From contig JAHLWS010000030.1 of NCBI GenBank assembly GCA_019057795.1, forward strand, positions 39,524 through 103,523: 64,000 nt of DNA, in the 5' to 3' direction. A model generated the notes under the pieces. The model ran no database searches, was not told the DNA's origin, and saw nothing but the letters and a program-made list of their open reading frames with translations. Source of the DNA: Promethearchaeota archaeon. Its GTDB lineage: Archaea > Asgardarchaeota > Lokiarchaeia > Sigyniarchaeales > SOKP01. Below, piece after piece: positions 21,426 through 31,177 of the stretch (position 1 is the first letter of the stretch; every line of letters starts with the position of its first letter). The translations under genes and the position numbers were made by a program.

Positions 21426-21890
21426 CTAATACTTTAATTCTTTAACATATTTGATATGTCTTTTTTCAAATTTGTTTTTCTCAAAAAATTTCTGGCTTTT
21501 TATATTTTTTATATCTGTTAAAGCTATTATTCTATATATCCCTTTTTGTCTCATTTCTTTTTCAAATAATTTGTATGCAACTGATCCAATTCCTTTGGTT
21601 TGTAATTTTTTAGATAATGCGATACTAATTTCATTTTGCTCCTTTGATTCTGTTCTGAATTTAGTTAATCTAATAAAACCACATATTTCTGTCTTATATA
21701 ATACGATAAATATATATTCTTTGTCAAATACTTTTTCCCACCATTTATTGTGTTGCTCAAATGTAATTTCTTCTGTAGTTAGAAAATTATAGCCAATATT
21801 TTCGTTAAAAATACGCCAAACTTCTTTTTTATGGCGATTATTATCTTTTTCAGCAGGAAAAATCTTAATCTTTTTATAATCTAAACTTAA
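21426..21890 (-). CDS. PseH-like GNAT N-acetyltransferase (missed by ORF track; no canonical in-frame start)
   Basis: Manual translation: LSLDYKKIKIFPAEK..ITFEQHNKWW..GFIRL..EISIALSKKLQTKGIGS..NIKSQKFFEKNKF..KY*; 154 open codons; co-oriented downstream of neuB and the TIM-barrel gene. Confidence 0.8.
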   Translation of the reverse strand, partial: LSLDYKKIKIFPAEKDNNRHKKEVWRIFNENIGYNFLTTEEITFEQHNKWWEKVFDKEYIFIVLYKTEICGFIRLTKFRTESKEQNEISIALSKKLQTKGIGSVAYKLFEKEMRQKGIYRIIALTDIKNIKSQKFFEKNKFEKRHIKYVKELKY

Positions 21891-21917
21891 ATTTTTTCAC
21901 CTCACTATTTAAAAATT

Positions 21918-22691
21918 TTAAGAATTTATAAAAAACCTTATATTTTTCAAGTCATCTTCAATATATTTTTTATAATTTCGAGGAGTTTCGAAAGTTAAAT
22001 TTACAACAGATCCAAATTTGAATAAAATTTTCTTTATTTTTGACAAGGGATATTTCGATTTATCTAGTGAAAGATGCTCATCAGTCTCAATGTTTAAATT
22101 TCCTCCAGAAATATGAAAAATAATTGGTTTCTTAAATGTAAGAAAATTTTTTATAAAATTTAGATACTCAACATTAAGAGAAATTGCAGCTTTAATAGCA
22201 TGATTTATGTCAAAACAAAATTCTAATTCATTAATACATTTAAAGTAATTTCTTAAATTCCTAACATCATATCCCAATAAATCTCCACCTAAAAGAGATT
22301 TCAACGGCATATTTTCAATTGCTAAAGGTTTTAGATTTAATTGTTTAATATTTGAAATTGATAAGTTAACATCTCCAGATTCGGGGTGAATAATATAACA
22401 TATTGGCTTTAACTTAATTATTACATTCTCAAATTGATTTATTTTTTGTATAAATCTTAAATTATTGTTTTGCCAATTGATATTCCCAAAATCTATCCTA
22501 TTATTGGAATTAGGAAGATGTATCACATATGGTATTTTTAAGTTTTTAATGGAGTTTAAGTCTTCTTCGTTAAAATCGGGTAAAAGTATAATTTCTATAA
22601 AATCTATAAGATCACGATTAGCGTATATTTCATCTAGAAAATTAAAATTTCTAATGGAAATTTTAATCCCTAAATTAATATTTTTATACAT
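21918..22691 (-). CDS. Xylose-isomerase-like/AP endonuclease family 2 TIM-barrel protein
   Basis: VIHLP, IIHP, IENMP, CFDINHA, FHISG, DEHL, TFETP metal-ligand pattern. Confidence 0.75.
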   Translation of the reverse strand: MYKNINLGIKISIRNFNFLDEIYANRDLIDFIEIILLPDFNEEDLNSIKNLKIPYVIHLPNSNNRIDFGNINWQNNNLRFIQKINQFENVIIKLKPICYIIHPESGDVNLSISNIKQLNLKPLAIENMPLKSLLGGDLLGYDVRNLRNYFKCINELEFCFDINHAIKAAISLNVEYLNFIKNFLTFKKPIIFHISGGNLNIETDEHLSLDKSKYPLSKIKKILFKFGSVVNLTFETPRNYKKYIEDDLKNIRFFINS

Positions 22692-22694
22692 ATC

Positions 22695-23753
22695 CTAAAT
22701 CAAATCCCATGTAATTATTTCATCTTCATCAATTTCTTTTTTAGCAGTTCTTCCGATAATTATTTTTAAAAATTTTGGAGCAATCCCATATCCTGGTCTT
22801 TTTATTATAATATCAGATATTTCAATTATTTTCCCTTTTGGGATTCTTTTTCTTGCGATTATGCTTCTCCTCGCTAGTTTATACAAATTTTCCTCTGATT
22901 TTGGCATATATTTTACGAGACTTCCTAAACTTGCTTCAGTTTCCCGAATATTTTTTATCATATGTTTTAATTCTTCTGGTTCTAAAGCAAATTTGTGATC
23001 TGGTCCTTTTAAATTTCTATTAATAGTAAAATGTTTTTCAATGATTGATGCTCCTAGTGCGACACATACAGCTGGAATAGTAATACTCATCGTATGATCA
23101 GAATAACCAACAGGTACTTGGAAGGCAGTTTTTAAAGTTTTTATTGCTCTTAAATTTAGATCTTCAAAGGGAGGTGGATAATTAATAGCACAGTGTAATA
23201 AAGCGATTGGAACATCCCCAATTTCTCTAATTGCGTTAATTGCATCTTCAATATCGCCTAAACTTGCCATACCTGTAGATAATATTATTGGTTTTCTTGT
23301 TTTAGCAATTTCTCTTAAAAAAGGTAAATCTACAATTTCAAATGAGGCAATTTTATATGCTGGTATATTTAATTCTTCTAATTCTTCTACTGCTTTATAA
23401 TCATAAGGTGTAGATAAGAATATTAGATTATGAGATTTTGAATAATCCGCAAGCTCAGCTTGCCATTCTCTAGGAATTTCAATATCTTTAATCAATTGCC
23501 ATATAGATTTTTGTTTCAATTTTCCTTCGAGATAATCAGGATTAGGAGTCTTTTTTGAATATAAGGTTTCTGCGGAATAAGTCTGAAATTTTATTGCATC
23601 AGCCTCGGCTTCTGCTGCAATTTCAATAAGTTTCTTAGCTTGATTTAAATCTCGATTATGATTCGAACCAGCTTCAGCAATTACAAAAACGGGGGCATTT
23701 TCCCCTACTTTTCGATTTCCTATTAAAAAAAACTTCATTTGATTTTCCCTCAC
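22695..23753 (-). CDS. neuB: NeuB/PseI/SpsE-family nonulosonic acid synthase 1 with SAF domain
   Basis: IAEAGSNHN, KFQTY, KIASFE, LSTGMA, LHC..YP, GYSDHT, EKHFT, GPDH, RRSI, KRPG. Confidence 0.95.
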   Translation of the reverse strand: MRENQMKFFLIGNRKVGENAPVFVIAEAGSNHNRDLNQAKKLIEIAAEAEADAIKFQTYSAETLYSKKTPNPDYLEGKLKQKSIWQLIKDIEIPREWQAELADYSKSHNLIFLSTPYDYKAVEELEELNIPAYKIASFEIVDLPFLREIAKTRKPIILSTGMASLGDIEDAINAIREIGDVPIALLHCAINYPPPFEDLNLRAIKTLKTAFQVPVGYSDHTMSITIPAVCVALGASIIEKHFTINRNLKGPDHKFALEPEELKHMIKNIRETEASLGSLVKYMPKSEENLYKLARRSIIARKRIPKGKIIEISDIIIKRPGYGIAPKFLKIIIGRTAKKEIDEDEIITWDLI

Positions 23754-23798
23754 AATTAAAAATAATTTTTGAAATTAAAATTTAAGTTCATCGTTTTG

Positions 23799-24572
23799 CT
23801 AATTTTTTAATAAAAATTTTTTATCTTCTTTTAATGATTTTAAATAACCTTCATTTCGTTCATATTGAGCATTAATTTTTAATAAATCTGGATTTTCTTT
23901 TAAAAAAATCAATATATCTTCCATGTTAAAATCATTCCACCTGTTGTGAAATTGTTCAATCAATTTTGAAATCAAAATAAAATCTTCTGGTGTATCAACT
24001 GTTAAACGAAATTTTGAAAGATCTTCTTTGTTTTCATAATTTTTTAACATAAATCTATTAGAATTTTTCCATATATATGGAGTGACATGTTCTCTTTCAG
24101 ATAAAAATTTAGCTTCTTTCCATGCAGTTTCTAGAACCTTAAAGGAAAAAATTTCTACATCAAATCCATCGGGGTAAGTTGGAGGATGAACATTTGTTAC
24201 ATAATCATAATTTCCATTTAAAAATATATCTAATCCTCGATCAATAATTGCTGGATCTATTAGTGGACAATCACTGGTGATTCTAACGATGATTTCTCCT
24301 TTAAAATATTTGCTGGTTTGATAAAACCGGTCAAGAACATCATCTTCGCTTCCAGCAAAATAATCTAAATTCAGGTTTTTGGCAAAATGTATTATTGGTT
24401 GATTAGATTTAGAAGTAGCGGTTGCAATTATCAATTTATTCGGCGTCTTGACTAGTTGTAATCTTTTTATAACATACCACAGTAATGGCTTTTCAAAGAT
24501 TTTAAGCATTACTTTTCCAGGTAACCGTGTGGATGCATAGCGTGCTTGACTAATAATTAAAATATTTTCCAT
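23799..24572 (-). CDS. spsF: SpsF-type acylneuraminate cytidylyltransferase family (ORF track start 24626; homology starts at Met 24572)
   Basis: QARYASTRLPGKV, GSEDDVLDRF, RITSDCP, EREHVT, RLTVDTPED. Confidence 0.88.
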   Translation of the reverse strand: MENILIISQARYASTRLPGKVMLKIFEKPLLWYVIKRLQLVKTPNKLIIATATSKSNQPIIHFAKNLNLDYFAGSEDDVLDRFYQTSKYFKGEIIVRITSDCPLIDPAIIDRGLDIFLNGNYDYVTNVHPPTYPDGFDVEIFSFKVLETAWKEAKFLSEREHVTPYIWKNSNRFMLKNYENKEDLSKFRLTVDTPEDFILISKLIEQFHNRWNDFNMEDILIFLKENPDLLKINAQYERNEGYLKSLKEDKKFLLKN

Positions 24573-24640
24573 ATAGCTCCAAACCAGTTTAAACAGATTG
24601 TCATATTTTAATAATAAATATTCCATTAAAACTTTTGAAT

Positions 24641-25558
24641 TTATTTATTCCATAATGATGGATTTATAATTTTATCAGATTGATCAGAGAATTCTTCAAT
24701 AATAATTTTAGATAATTCTGAAGATAAGGGTTTTTCATCTAAATATTTTAAGTTATTTGCTAATTGGTTAATATTTTCTGCACCAATCACCAGACTAGTA
24801 ATTTCTGGTAAGTCTCTAACATATAAAAAAGCTAATTTAGCAATATCAATACTATATTCTTTTGCTAAATCTCTTAATTTTATTAATGGTTGCTTTGTAA
24901 TTTTTAGATAATCTGGTAATTTTTCTGGTGATAAGAAAAAAAGACCTTGCAGATATATACTTCTTGCAAATATTGAGTAGCCGTACTTATTAAGCTTCTT
25001 TAATAAACCAGATTTAATTAATCGTTGGTCAAAAATATTAAGAGGTAATTGAATAACATCAATCTCCCTAAATTTCAAGGTTTCTTTAACTTCTTTTAAA
25101 TTATATGTTGAAATACCTATTTGTTTAATTAAACCTTCTTTTTTTATTTGATTTAAACATTTAATAACAAGCCCATCTTTTATATATATATCGGGAGCGT
25201 GATGTAATAAATAAATTGGTATACAATTTAATTTTAATTTATTCAATGATTTTTTTATCTTCTTTACAATGTAATTATAAAGATTATTATAAGTAAAATC
25301 TAGTTTTTTATCTACACTTGGCAATTTTGAGATGATTGTTAAGTTTTTCTTTCTTTTAATTCTAGATGATATGAAGGACCCGATGATTTCTTCACTATTT
25401 CCATATAAAGGAGATGTATCAAAAGAATTAATACCATTTTTCCACGAATAATCTAAAATATTAATCGCAATACTAAAATCCGGTTTTCCATCTACATTAG
25501 CAATTCCATATTCCATACCTAGCTGTGCTGTCCCAAGACTAATTTTTGAAATTGGCAT
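24641..25558 (-). CDS. Aldo/keto reductase of the type found in nonulosonate clusters
   Basis: LGTAQLGMEYG, FDTSPLYGNSE, LLHH, ARSIYLQGL. Confidence 0.88.
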   Translation of the reverse strand: MPISKISLGTAQLGMEYGIANVDGKPDFSIAINILDYSWKNGINSFDTSPLYGNSEEIIGSFISSRIKRKKNLTIISKLPSVDKKLDFTYNNLYNYIVKKIKKSLNKLKLNCIPIYLLHHAPDIYIKDGLVIKCLNQIKKEGLIKQIGISTYNLKEVKETLKFREIDVIQLPLNIFDQRLIKSGLLKKLNKYGYSIFARSIYLQGLFFLSPEKLPDYLKITKQPLIKLRDLAKEYSIDIAKLAFLYVRDLPEITSLVIGAENINQLANNLKYLDEKPLSSELSKIIIEEFSDQSDKIINPSLWNK

Positions 25559-25576
25559 ATTTTTCTTTTAGAGTTT

Positions 25577-26329
25577 TTATATTAGGTGTTTATTGATATT
25601 CATAAGTGCAGGGTTTTCTTCAATAATTTCTATTACATCTTGTAGTGTAAAATTAATTGGTTTACCTTTTTCTTTTAAAATTTTGTAAATTTCTCTTATC
25701 ATGATTAGATCCTCTTCATAATCAATTGTTAATCTTAAATCCTTAAATACTTTGAGGTGGTTATCATTGTAAAAGAAAATTGAAAAATAATTTGGATAAT
25801 GTTGAATCAGGATTGTTACGTGTTCTTTTTCATAATTAGTTTTTGAAAGATGAAAAACACGCTTTAAAGTATTAAAGGAAAAGATCTCAATATCGAAACC
25901 AGCCGGAAAATTCGAAACTGTGTCTAAATTCATAATATAATCATATTTATTTTTTTTATAAAATTCAATCATATCATCTAATATCTCTGGGTCTACAAAT
26001 GGACAATCTGAAGTTATCCTTACAATTATATCCAAGTTGAATGTTTTTGCTGCTTCATAATACCTTTCTAAAACATTCTCTTCACTACCTATAAAACATA
26101 AAATATTATGAGTTTTTGCTACGTCTACAATTACTGAGTTTTTCTCATCAGGAGTTGTAGCTATAATTATTTTATTTACTAATTTGCTTAATTTTAATCT
26201 CTCTATTAAAAGGTCAAGGACTCTATATTTTTCATCGATTTTCATTAGAATCTTCCCAGGTAATCTTGTTGAGCCCATTCTAGCTTGAATAATTATACCT
26301 AACTTTTTTTTCGCAAACATAATTCTCAT
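25577..26329 (-). CDS. spsF: SpsF-type cytidylyltransferase family, second copy
   Basis: QARMGSTRLPGK, GSEENVLERY, RITSDCP, EHVT, RLTIDYEED. Confidence 0.88.
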   Translation of the reverse strand: MRIMFAKKKLGIIIQARMGSTRLPGKILMKIDEKYRVLDLLIERLKLSKLVNKIIIATTPDEKNSVIVDVAKTHNILCFIGSEENVLERYYEAAKTFNLDIIVRITSDCPFVDPEILDDMIEFYKKNKYDYIMNLDTVSNFPAGFDIEIFSFNTLKRVFHLSKTNYEKEHVTILIQHYPNYFSIFFYNDNHLKVFKDLRLTIDYEEDLIMIREIYKILKEKGKPINFTLQDVIEIIEENPALMNINKHLI

Positions 26330-26517
26330 TTAGCCTTTATTTGTTTATTATTAGAATAAAAACTTATGATATCCTCCTCCATTAATAATTAATTTTATTA
26401 GAGAATAAAGTAGGGAGTAATTTCTTAGAATTATCTAAAAACTTTAATGAAATATCAAATTTTAACTCTTAAAAAGTATAAGTTTTAAAAAATTTTACGG
26501 GATTAAGGTGATTATTA

Positions 26518-28251
26518 ATTAAAGTACTAATTACGACCTGTGGCGGAGAAAAATTAGCTGATTTTTCGAATAATATTGGTGAATATCTGAAAAAAAGAGG
26601 AGATTTTAAAATCGATTTTCTCTCTGGAGATTATGCAGATTGGAAGTACTATAGAGATAAGGGTCATGAAAATATAAAGGATGTAAAAGATAATTTATTC
26701 AAGCTTCCTTTAAGAAAATTTTCGTTGAATCTTTATAAAAAATGGAGGTTGGATAAAGATGACATATTAATGACAAATTTTATGCGATTTAAGAAATACG
26801 GCTCAAAAACAATAGGGCATTGGGCAGATGATGAAAAATTTAACTTTGCATCTAAAATATTAAATATTTTTTATTCAAATAAAACAGATTTGCAAAATGT
26901 TAAACCAATTAATAAGATTTTATATCTTCTTTCAAAATTAATTTTATTACCTATTACAAAAATTCCAGATATTAAAACTTACAGAATACCTCGATATGTT
27001 CATAGATTTGTATATTATATCTCGAAATTGTATTTATGTGTGTTAGAAATATTACCAAAAACGGAAAAACTTACAATTTGGAAAAAAAGATTTCAAGATA
27101 TTAATCTAATTGCTCTTATTAATATGAAAAAAGGATTTGGTATAATTTCAAAAGTAGCTTTACAACTTTTCTTGTCTTATTACATAATTCTAAAAGAACT
27201 TAATCCAGATTTAACTTTAATTTATAATGGTAGTTGGGTTTATAATACACCATTAAAATCAGCATGCAAAAAGTTAGATATTCCACATTATTTTATTGAA
27301 ACATCATATTTCGTAGGTAATTCACACTTTGACTCATTATCAGTCTGGCATGATGGAGAGCTCAATACAAAAGAGTTACCTGAGTGGAATGATGAAAAGG
27401 AAGTAAAATTAAATGATTGGATAACTAACTATTTAAATAAATATAAAAGAGGTATCGCATCCATAACTGAAGATGATAGCAGCATAGAAAGGAAAATTCC
27501 CGAAAAAAAATATATTTTTTTACCTTTACAGATTATGGATGATACAAATAACATAAAATATTCTCCATTAATCACAAACAATGTTCAGTTAGTAAATCTC
27601 GTTATAAATAATGCCCCAGAAGGATATGATATTATAATCAAAAGGCATCCTGCAGACTTTATAGTAGGTGATCCTTTATATAATCAAAACTTAAAAAAAA
27701 TTGAGAAGATTGTTAAAAAATATGACCATGTTTACCTATATCATTATGTAGATTCTCAGCTCTTATTAAAAAATTGCTCTACTTTAATTGTAATAAATTC
27801 AACGATCTCAATTGAAAATTTACTACATGCAAGAGTACCAATGTTAATCTTAGGAGATCATATTCTTAGGGGATGGGGTTTTACTTACGATGTTAATAAT
27901 CTTGAAGAATTTGAAGATAAATTGAAGGAAGCGTTAGATAAAGGAGTTTCTCCTGAAATGAAAAAAATGATGAAACAATTCTTATATTTATACATTTTTG
28001 ATTACATCGTAAAAGGGCATTATGCTTTAAAATATCATATATATGATAAAAATATGAATATAATTAAAACAATTAATATACCCCAGATATATGAACCTCT
28101 TGCTGAATGTATATATAATGAATTAATTCAAATTAAAGAAAGAAAAGAAAAAGGTTTCAAGAAGATGATACCTCCTCCAAAAAAGTTTAGAACAATGATT
28201 GATCGTTCTCAGATTCCAAAATATGAAGGAGTGCAATTAGATTTAAAATAA
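26518..28251 (+). CDS. KpsS/KpsC-like capsule-synthesis GT-B protein, candidate CMP-ulosonate transferase (frame open 69 codons upstream of the track's TTG 26725)
   Basis: LPLQIMDDTN (QxxxD), IIKRHP, INSTISIE; upstream in-frame IKVLITTCGG following AGGTGA. Confidence 0.72.
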   Translation: MKVLITTCGGEKLADFSNNIGEYLKKRGDFKIDFLSGDYADWKYYRDKGHENIKDVKDNLFKLPLRKFSLNLYKKWRLDKDDILMTNFMRFKKYGSKTIGHWADDEKFNFASKILNIFYSNKTDLQNVKPINKILYLLSKLILLPITKIPDIKTYRIPRYVHRFVYYISKLYLCVLEILPKTEKLTIWKKRFQDINLIALINMKKGFGIISKVALQLFLSYYIILKELNPDLTLIYNGSWVYNTPLKSACKKLDIPHYFIETSYFVGNSHFDSLSVWHDGELNTKELPEWNDEKEVKLNDWITNYLNKYKRGIASITEDDSSIERKIPEKKYIFLPLQIMDDTNNIKYSPLITNNVQLVNLVINNAPEGYDIIIKRHPADFIVGDPLYNQNLKKIEKIVKKYDHVYLYHYVDSQLLLKNCSTLIVINSTISIENLLHARVPMLILGDHILRGWGFTYDVNNLEEFEDKLKEALDKGVSPEMKKMMKQFLYLYIFDYIVKGHYALKYHIYDKNMNIIKTINIPQIYEPLAECIYNELIQIKERKEKGFKKMIPPPKKFRTMIDRSQIPKYEGVQLDLK

Positions 28252-28261
28252 ATGTTTCTCA

Positions 28262-29881
28262 TCAATCAAGTTCTAATAATTTTAGAAAGTTTTTATCTAA
28301 AATAATCTCATCCTTTTTTAATTGCATTAAATTGGTTTTAATATATTCAGTTTTAGATAAAGTCGGCAAGTTCACTGCATTTTCATAAATATACCAATAA
28401 GTATATTTAACTAAATTATTATAACGTTCTTGATAATTACTTTTAAATTTATTAATTACTCCTTCAATATTATCTAAATAATTAAAATATTCCTCCTTGC
28501 TTTCTGGAGTAATTTGTCCATTTTCAGCATAGAACATTCCATCTTTAACACACATTATTGTAGTTATTTTTAAAAGGGGTATTTCTAATGCTAAAAAGCC
28601 ATCATATACAATCCCCAGATCGATGCCGCTTTTTAAGAACTCATATGTATTAATTCTTTTCTCTGGAGTAATTAATTCAATATTTTCAGCATCATTTAGA
28701 GATATCTGCTTTCTTATGATATCAATAAATCTTGGAGATTTTTTCAATACTGATATTTCAGATGGATGGGATTTAATATATAATTTTATATCTTTTCTTC
28801 CTTTTACATGTTCAATAGTTGAAATTATCCAGTCCAAATAGTTATTAAAAATTTTATGCCGATCTGTTATATTTCCATCCCATATTACGTTAGGAAATAA
28901 TGCCATATGATATTTATATCCATCATCTTTATTTACTTTATATGAATTTAACTTACCTTTATATAGAATTTTCGTATCTGATGCATTTAGATTCCGTCGA
29001 TATTTAAAGTAATTTCGAACGCTGCTTTTCATCTCATCGGTCACATCTCTTTTTTTGAATTCTTGCCAATATTTTGATTGGGAAAGGAAATAAGTTCTTG
29101 TATTAGAAAAATATATCTCTTTAGAATTTAATGAGTGCCCATGTATCGATGAATAAACTAATGTATTTATTCCTCTATCAAATAAATATTTAAAAGCAGG
29201 ACCCCAAGTTGAATAAATACCATGTGATGTTATAAATAAATCAGGTTTTAATTTACTATAAACATATTCAGCAATATTTCTACTCAATATTGCATTCAAA
29301 AGCGATAATTTGTAATAATAATTTACATATCTATCATTATAATCAACAACACTTGTCTTGAAAAATCGAATGGTTGAAGATTTTGCATATTTCCTTAACG
29401 CTTGCCAGTCTTTATAATTAATCTCTTTTAGAATTTTACTATAAAAAATTACTTCTAAATTTTTATCAGCATAAGTCTTTAATGCTTCTTTTATAGAACT
29501 CCTAGTTAAAATATTTGTGAATATTTTAGATAAATTTTTGTAGAGATACGGATGAGGATTAAAAACGGTTTTCTCAAATTTTCTAATATCTTGAATGTCA
29601 TTAATTTGAAATGTTTCAGTATGTCCCATAATACCGTCATCTAATAACATTATAACTCTGGCCCCATTTAAGGCTAAAAGTTTGCCTAAATAAAATTCTC
29701 TATCAAAAATGCTTTTAGCTGGTCTGACTGTATTAAAGACAATTTTTTTGTTGATAGTATTTGTCCTCGGGATATCTTTAAATAAATTTTTAGCATAAAT
29801 ATATTCTCTTCTTTCTTCTTTCCATGTTTTGAGTGCGTTTAGGTTCTCATTGATGTATCTATTAATAAATTTAGACTGCAT
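28262..29881 (-). CDS. Capsule-polysaccharide-synthesis-like GT-B protein, candidate ulosonate transferase
   Basis: SHGIYSTWG, LFPNVIWDG, YIKSHPSE, INTYEF, ALEIPL. Confidence 0.65.
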   Translation of the reverse strand: MQSKFINRYINENLNALKTWKEERREYIYAKNLFKDIPRTNTINKKIVFNTVRPAKSIFDREFYLGKLLALNGARVIMLLDDGIMGHTETFQINDIQDIRKFEKTVFNPHPYLYKNLSKIFTNILTRSSIKEALKTYADKNLEVIFYSKILKEINYKDWQALRKYAKSSTIRFFKTSVVDYNDRYVNYYYKLSLLNAILSRNIAEYVYSKLKPDLFITSHGIYSTWGPAFKYLFDRGINTLVYSSIHGHSLNSKEIYFSNTRTYFLSQSKYWQEFKKRDVTDEMKSSVRNYFKYRRNLNASDTKILYKGKLNSYKVNKDDGYKYHMALFPNVIWDGNITDRHKIFNNYLDWIISTIEHVKGRKDIKLYIKSHPSEISVLKKSPRFIDIIRKQISLNDAENIELITPEKRINTYEFLKSGIDLGIVYDGFLALEIPLLKITTIMCVKDGMFYAENGQITPESKEEYFNYLDNIEGVINKFKSNYQERYNNLVKYTYWYIYENAVNLPTLSKTEYIKTNLMQLKKDEIILDKNFLKLLELD

Positions 29882-30020
29882 ATCTTAATGTTATAAAATG
29901 CTTCTTAAATTTTAAACCGTACAGAAGAAGAATTTTTTTAAAAATCAACTACCATACTCTGTTATTCTAATAATTCTTAGATGGCTCTAATAATTTGCTA
30001 TTTTTTAAATTACTATTGTA

Positions 30021-30857
30021 TTAATTAATAATTCCAATAATAATACCGTTAGCTGAATAACGAATTGGGTACCCATATACTGATTTTGAAATCTTTTTCC
30101 AATTGGTTTGTTTCCATTTGTTGTTTCTTGATATTCGTTTAAGGAAATATTGTTCTGAGAATTTTAATTTATTTTCACTCAATAAATTATCTAAAACAGG
30201 GCTATGACCCTTTGGTAAAGTTATGATAATTTTCCCATTCTCAGTCATTAAAGACTTTAAATTTTCGATTGCCCGAAATATTTTTAGAGGTTCACGCGGA
30301 GCCTCATCCCATCCAACATGTTCTAATGTGGAAATAGCTACAATTAAATCGTACTTCTTTAAGGGTTTAAAATCTACAACATCTTGATTTATCACGCCAT
30401 CAGCAATCTCATATTTATCAACAATATCGTGCTGAAAATCAAAAAAATGTGAAAGAACATTTCCGACCTCCAAAATATTAGTATTTTCATACTTTTTTAC
30501 AATTTTCCAAATTATTGGTACTTCAATTGTTCTTTCATTGTTCCAAGTAATACTATATTTATGATAAAAATAATTATATTTTTTACCGTTAAATCTAAAT
30601 GATCTCGATGATTTAAATTTTAAATAGTACCATGTCCAAAAGTCATCGAAGTTGTTTAAAAATTTTTGAAGAACATTATAATTTAGAATAATTTTCATCA
30701 AAGCTTGAATAACATCACACAATCCTATTGTTAAGATGCTTCTTCTAATCCTACCTATAAAAACTGTAAAAAAGTTTTTAAAAATTGAATAAAAACCGTT
30801 CTCACTTTTAATGAAATCTTGTGATATTTTTATTAAAGTTTGGGATTTTATCTTCAT
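30021..30857 (-). CDS. Class I SAM-methyltransferase-like protein (DUF268-like)
   Basis: NERTIEVP, ILEVGN, YDLIVAISTLEHVG, GKIIITLP. Confidence 0.65.
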   Translation of the reverse strand: MKIKSQTLIKISQDFIKSENGFYSIFKNFFTVFIGRIRRSILTIGLCDVIQALMKIILNYNVLQKFLNNFDDFWTWYYLKFKSSRSFRFNGKKYNYFYHKYSITWNNERTIEVPIIWKIVKKYENTNILEVGNVLSHFFDFQHDIVDKYEIADGVINQDVVDFKPLKKYDLIVAISTLEHVGWDEAPREPLKIFRAIENLKSLMTENGKIIITLPKGHSPVLDNLLSENKLKFSEQYFLKRISRNNKWKQTNWKKISKSVYGYPIRYSANGIIIGIIN

Positions 30858-30901
30858 TTTTACTCTAATCCTTAAATTTTAAAATAGACCTTCTATTAAT
30901 C

Positions 30902-31177
30902 TCAATAACCAGTAACCGCCACAATAACGTATTTAGGATATACTTTAATTTCTGATAACCACTTATCAATTCCTCCCGTTATTACATTAATTTTTGTTTC
31001 TTCTTGAAATAATTTTGCAGATTGTTCTCCTCTCCCAACAACTATAAATTTAAGATTCATACCTTTTAATACCTGAGCATGACTAATAGCCATTGGACCG
31101 GCACCTATTAATAAAACCTCATCATTTTTGAAACTATCAAAAAATTCATCTCTTATTTTAAATTTTGCTTTAATTAA
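30902..31177 (-). pseudogene. N-terminal remnant of a Gfo/Idh/MocA oxidoreductase
   Basis: EVLLIGAGPMAISHAQVLK..VVGRG..VIVAV then stop after about 90 codons; the Rossmann motif lies upstream of the first ATG. Confidence 0.75.

Noticed and set aside
21451-21792. 113-aa plus-strand ORF
   Set aside because: Antisense shadow of the PseH-like GNAT on the minus strand
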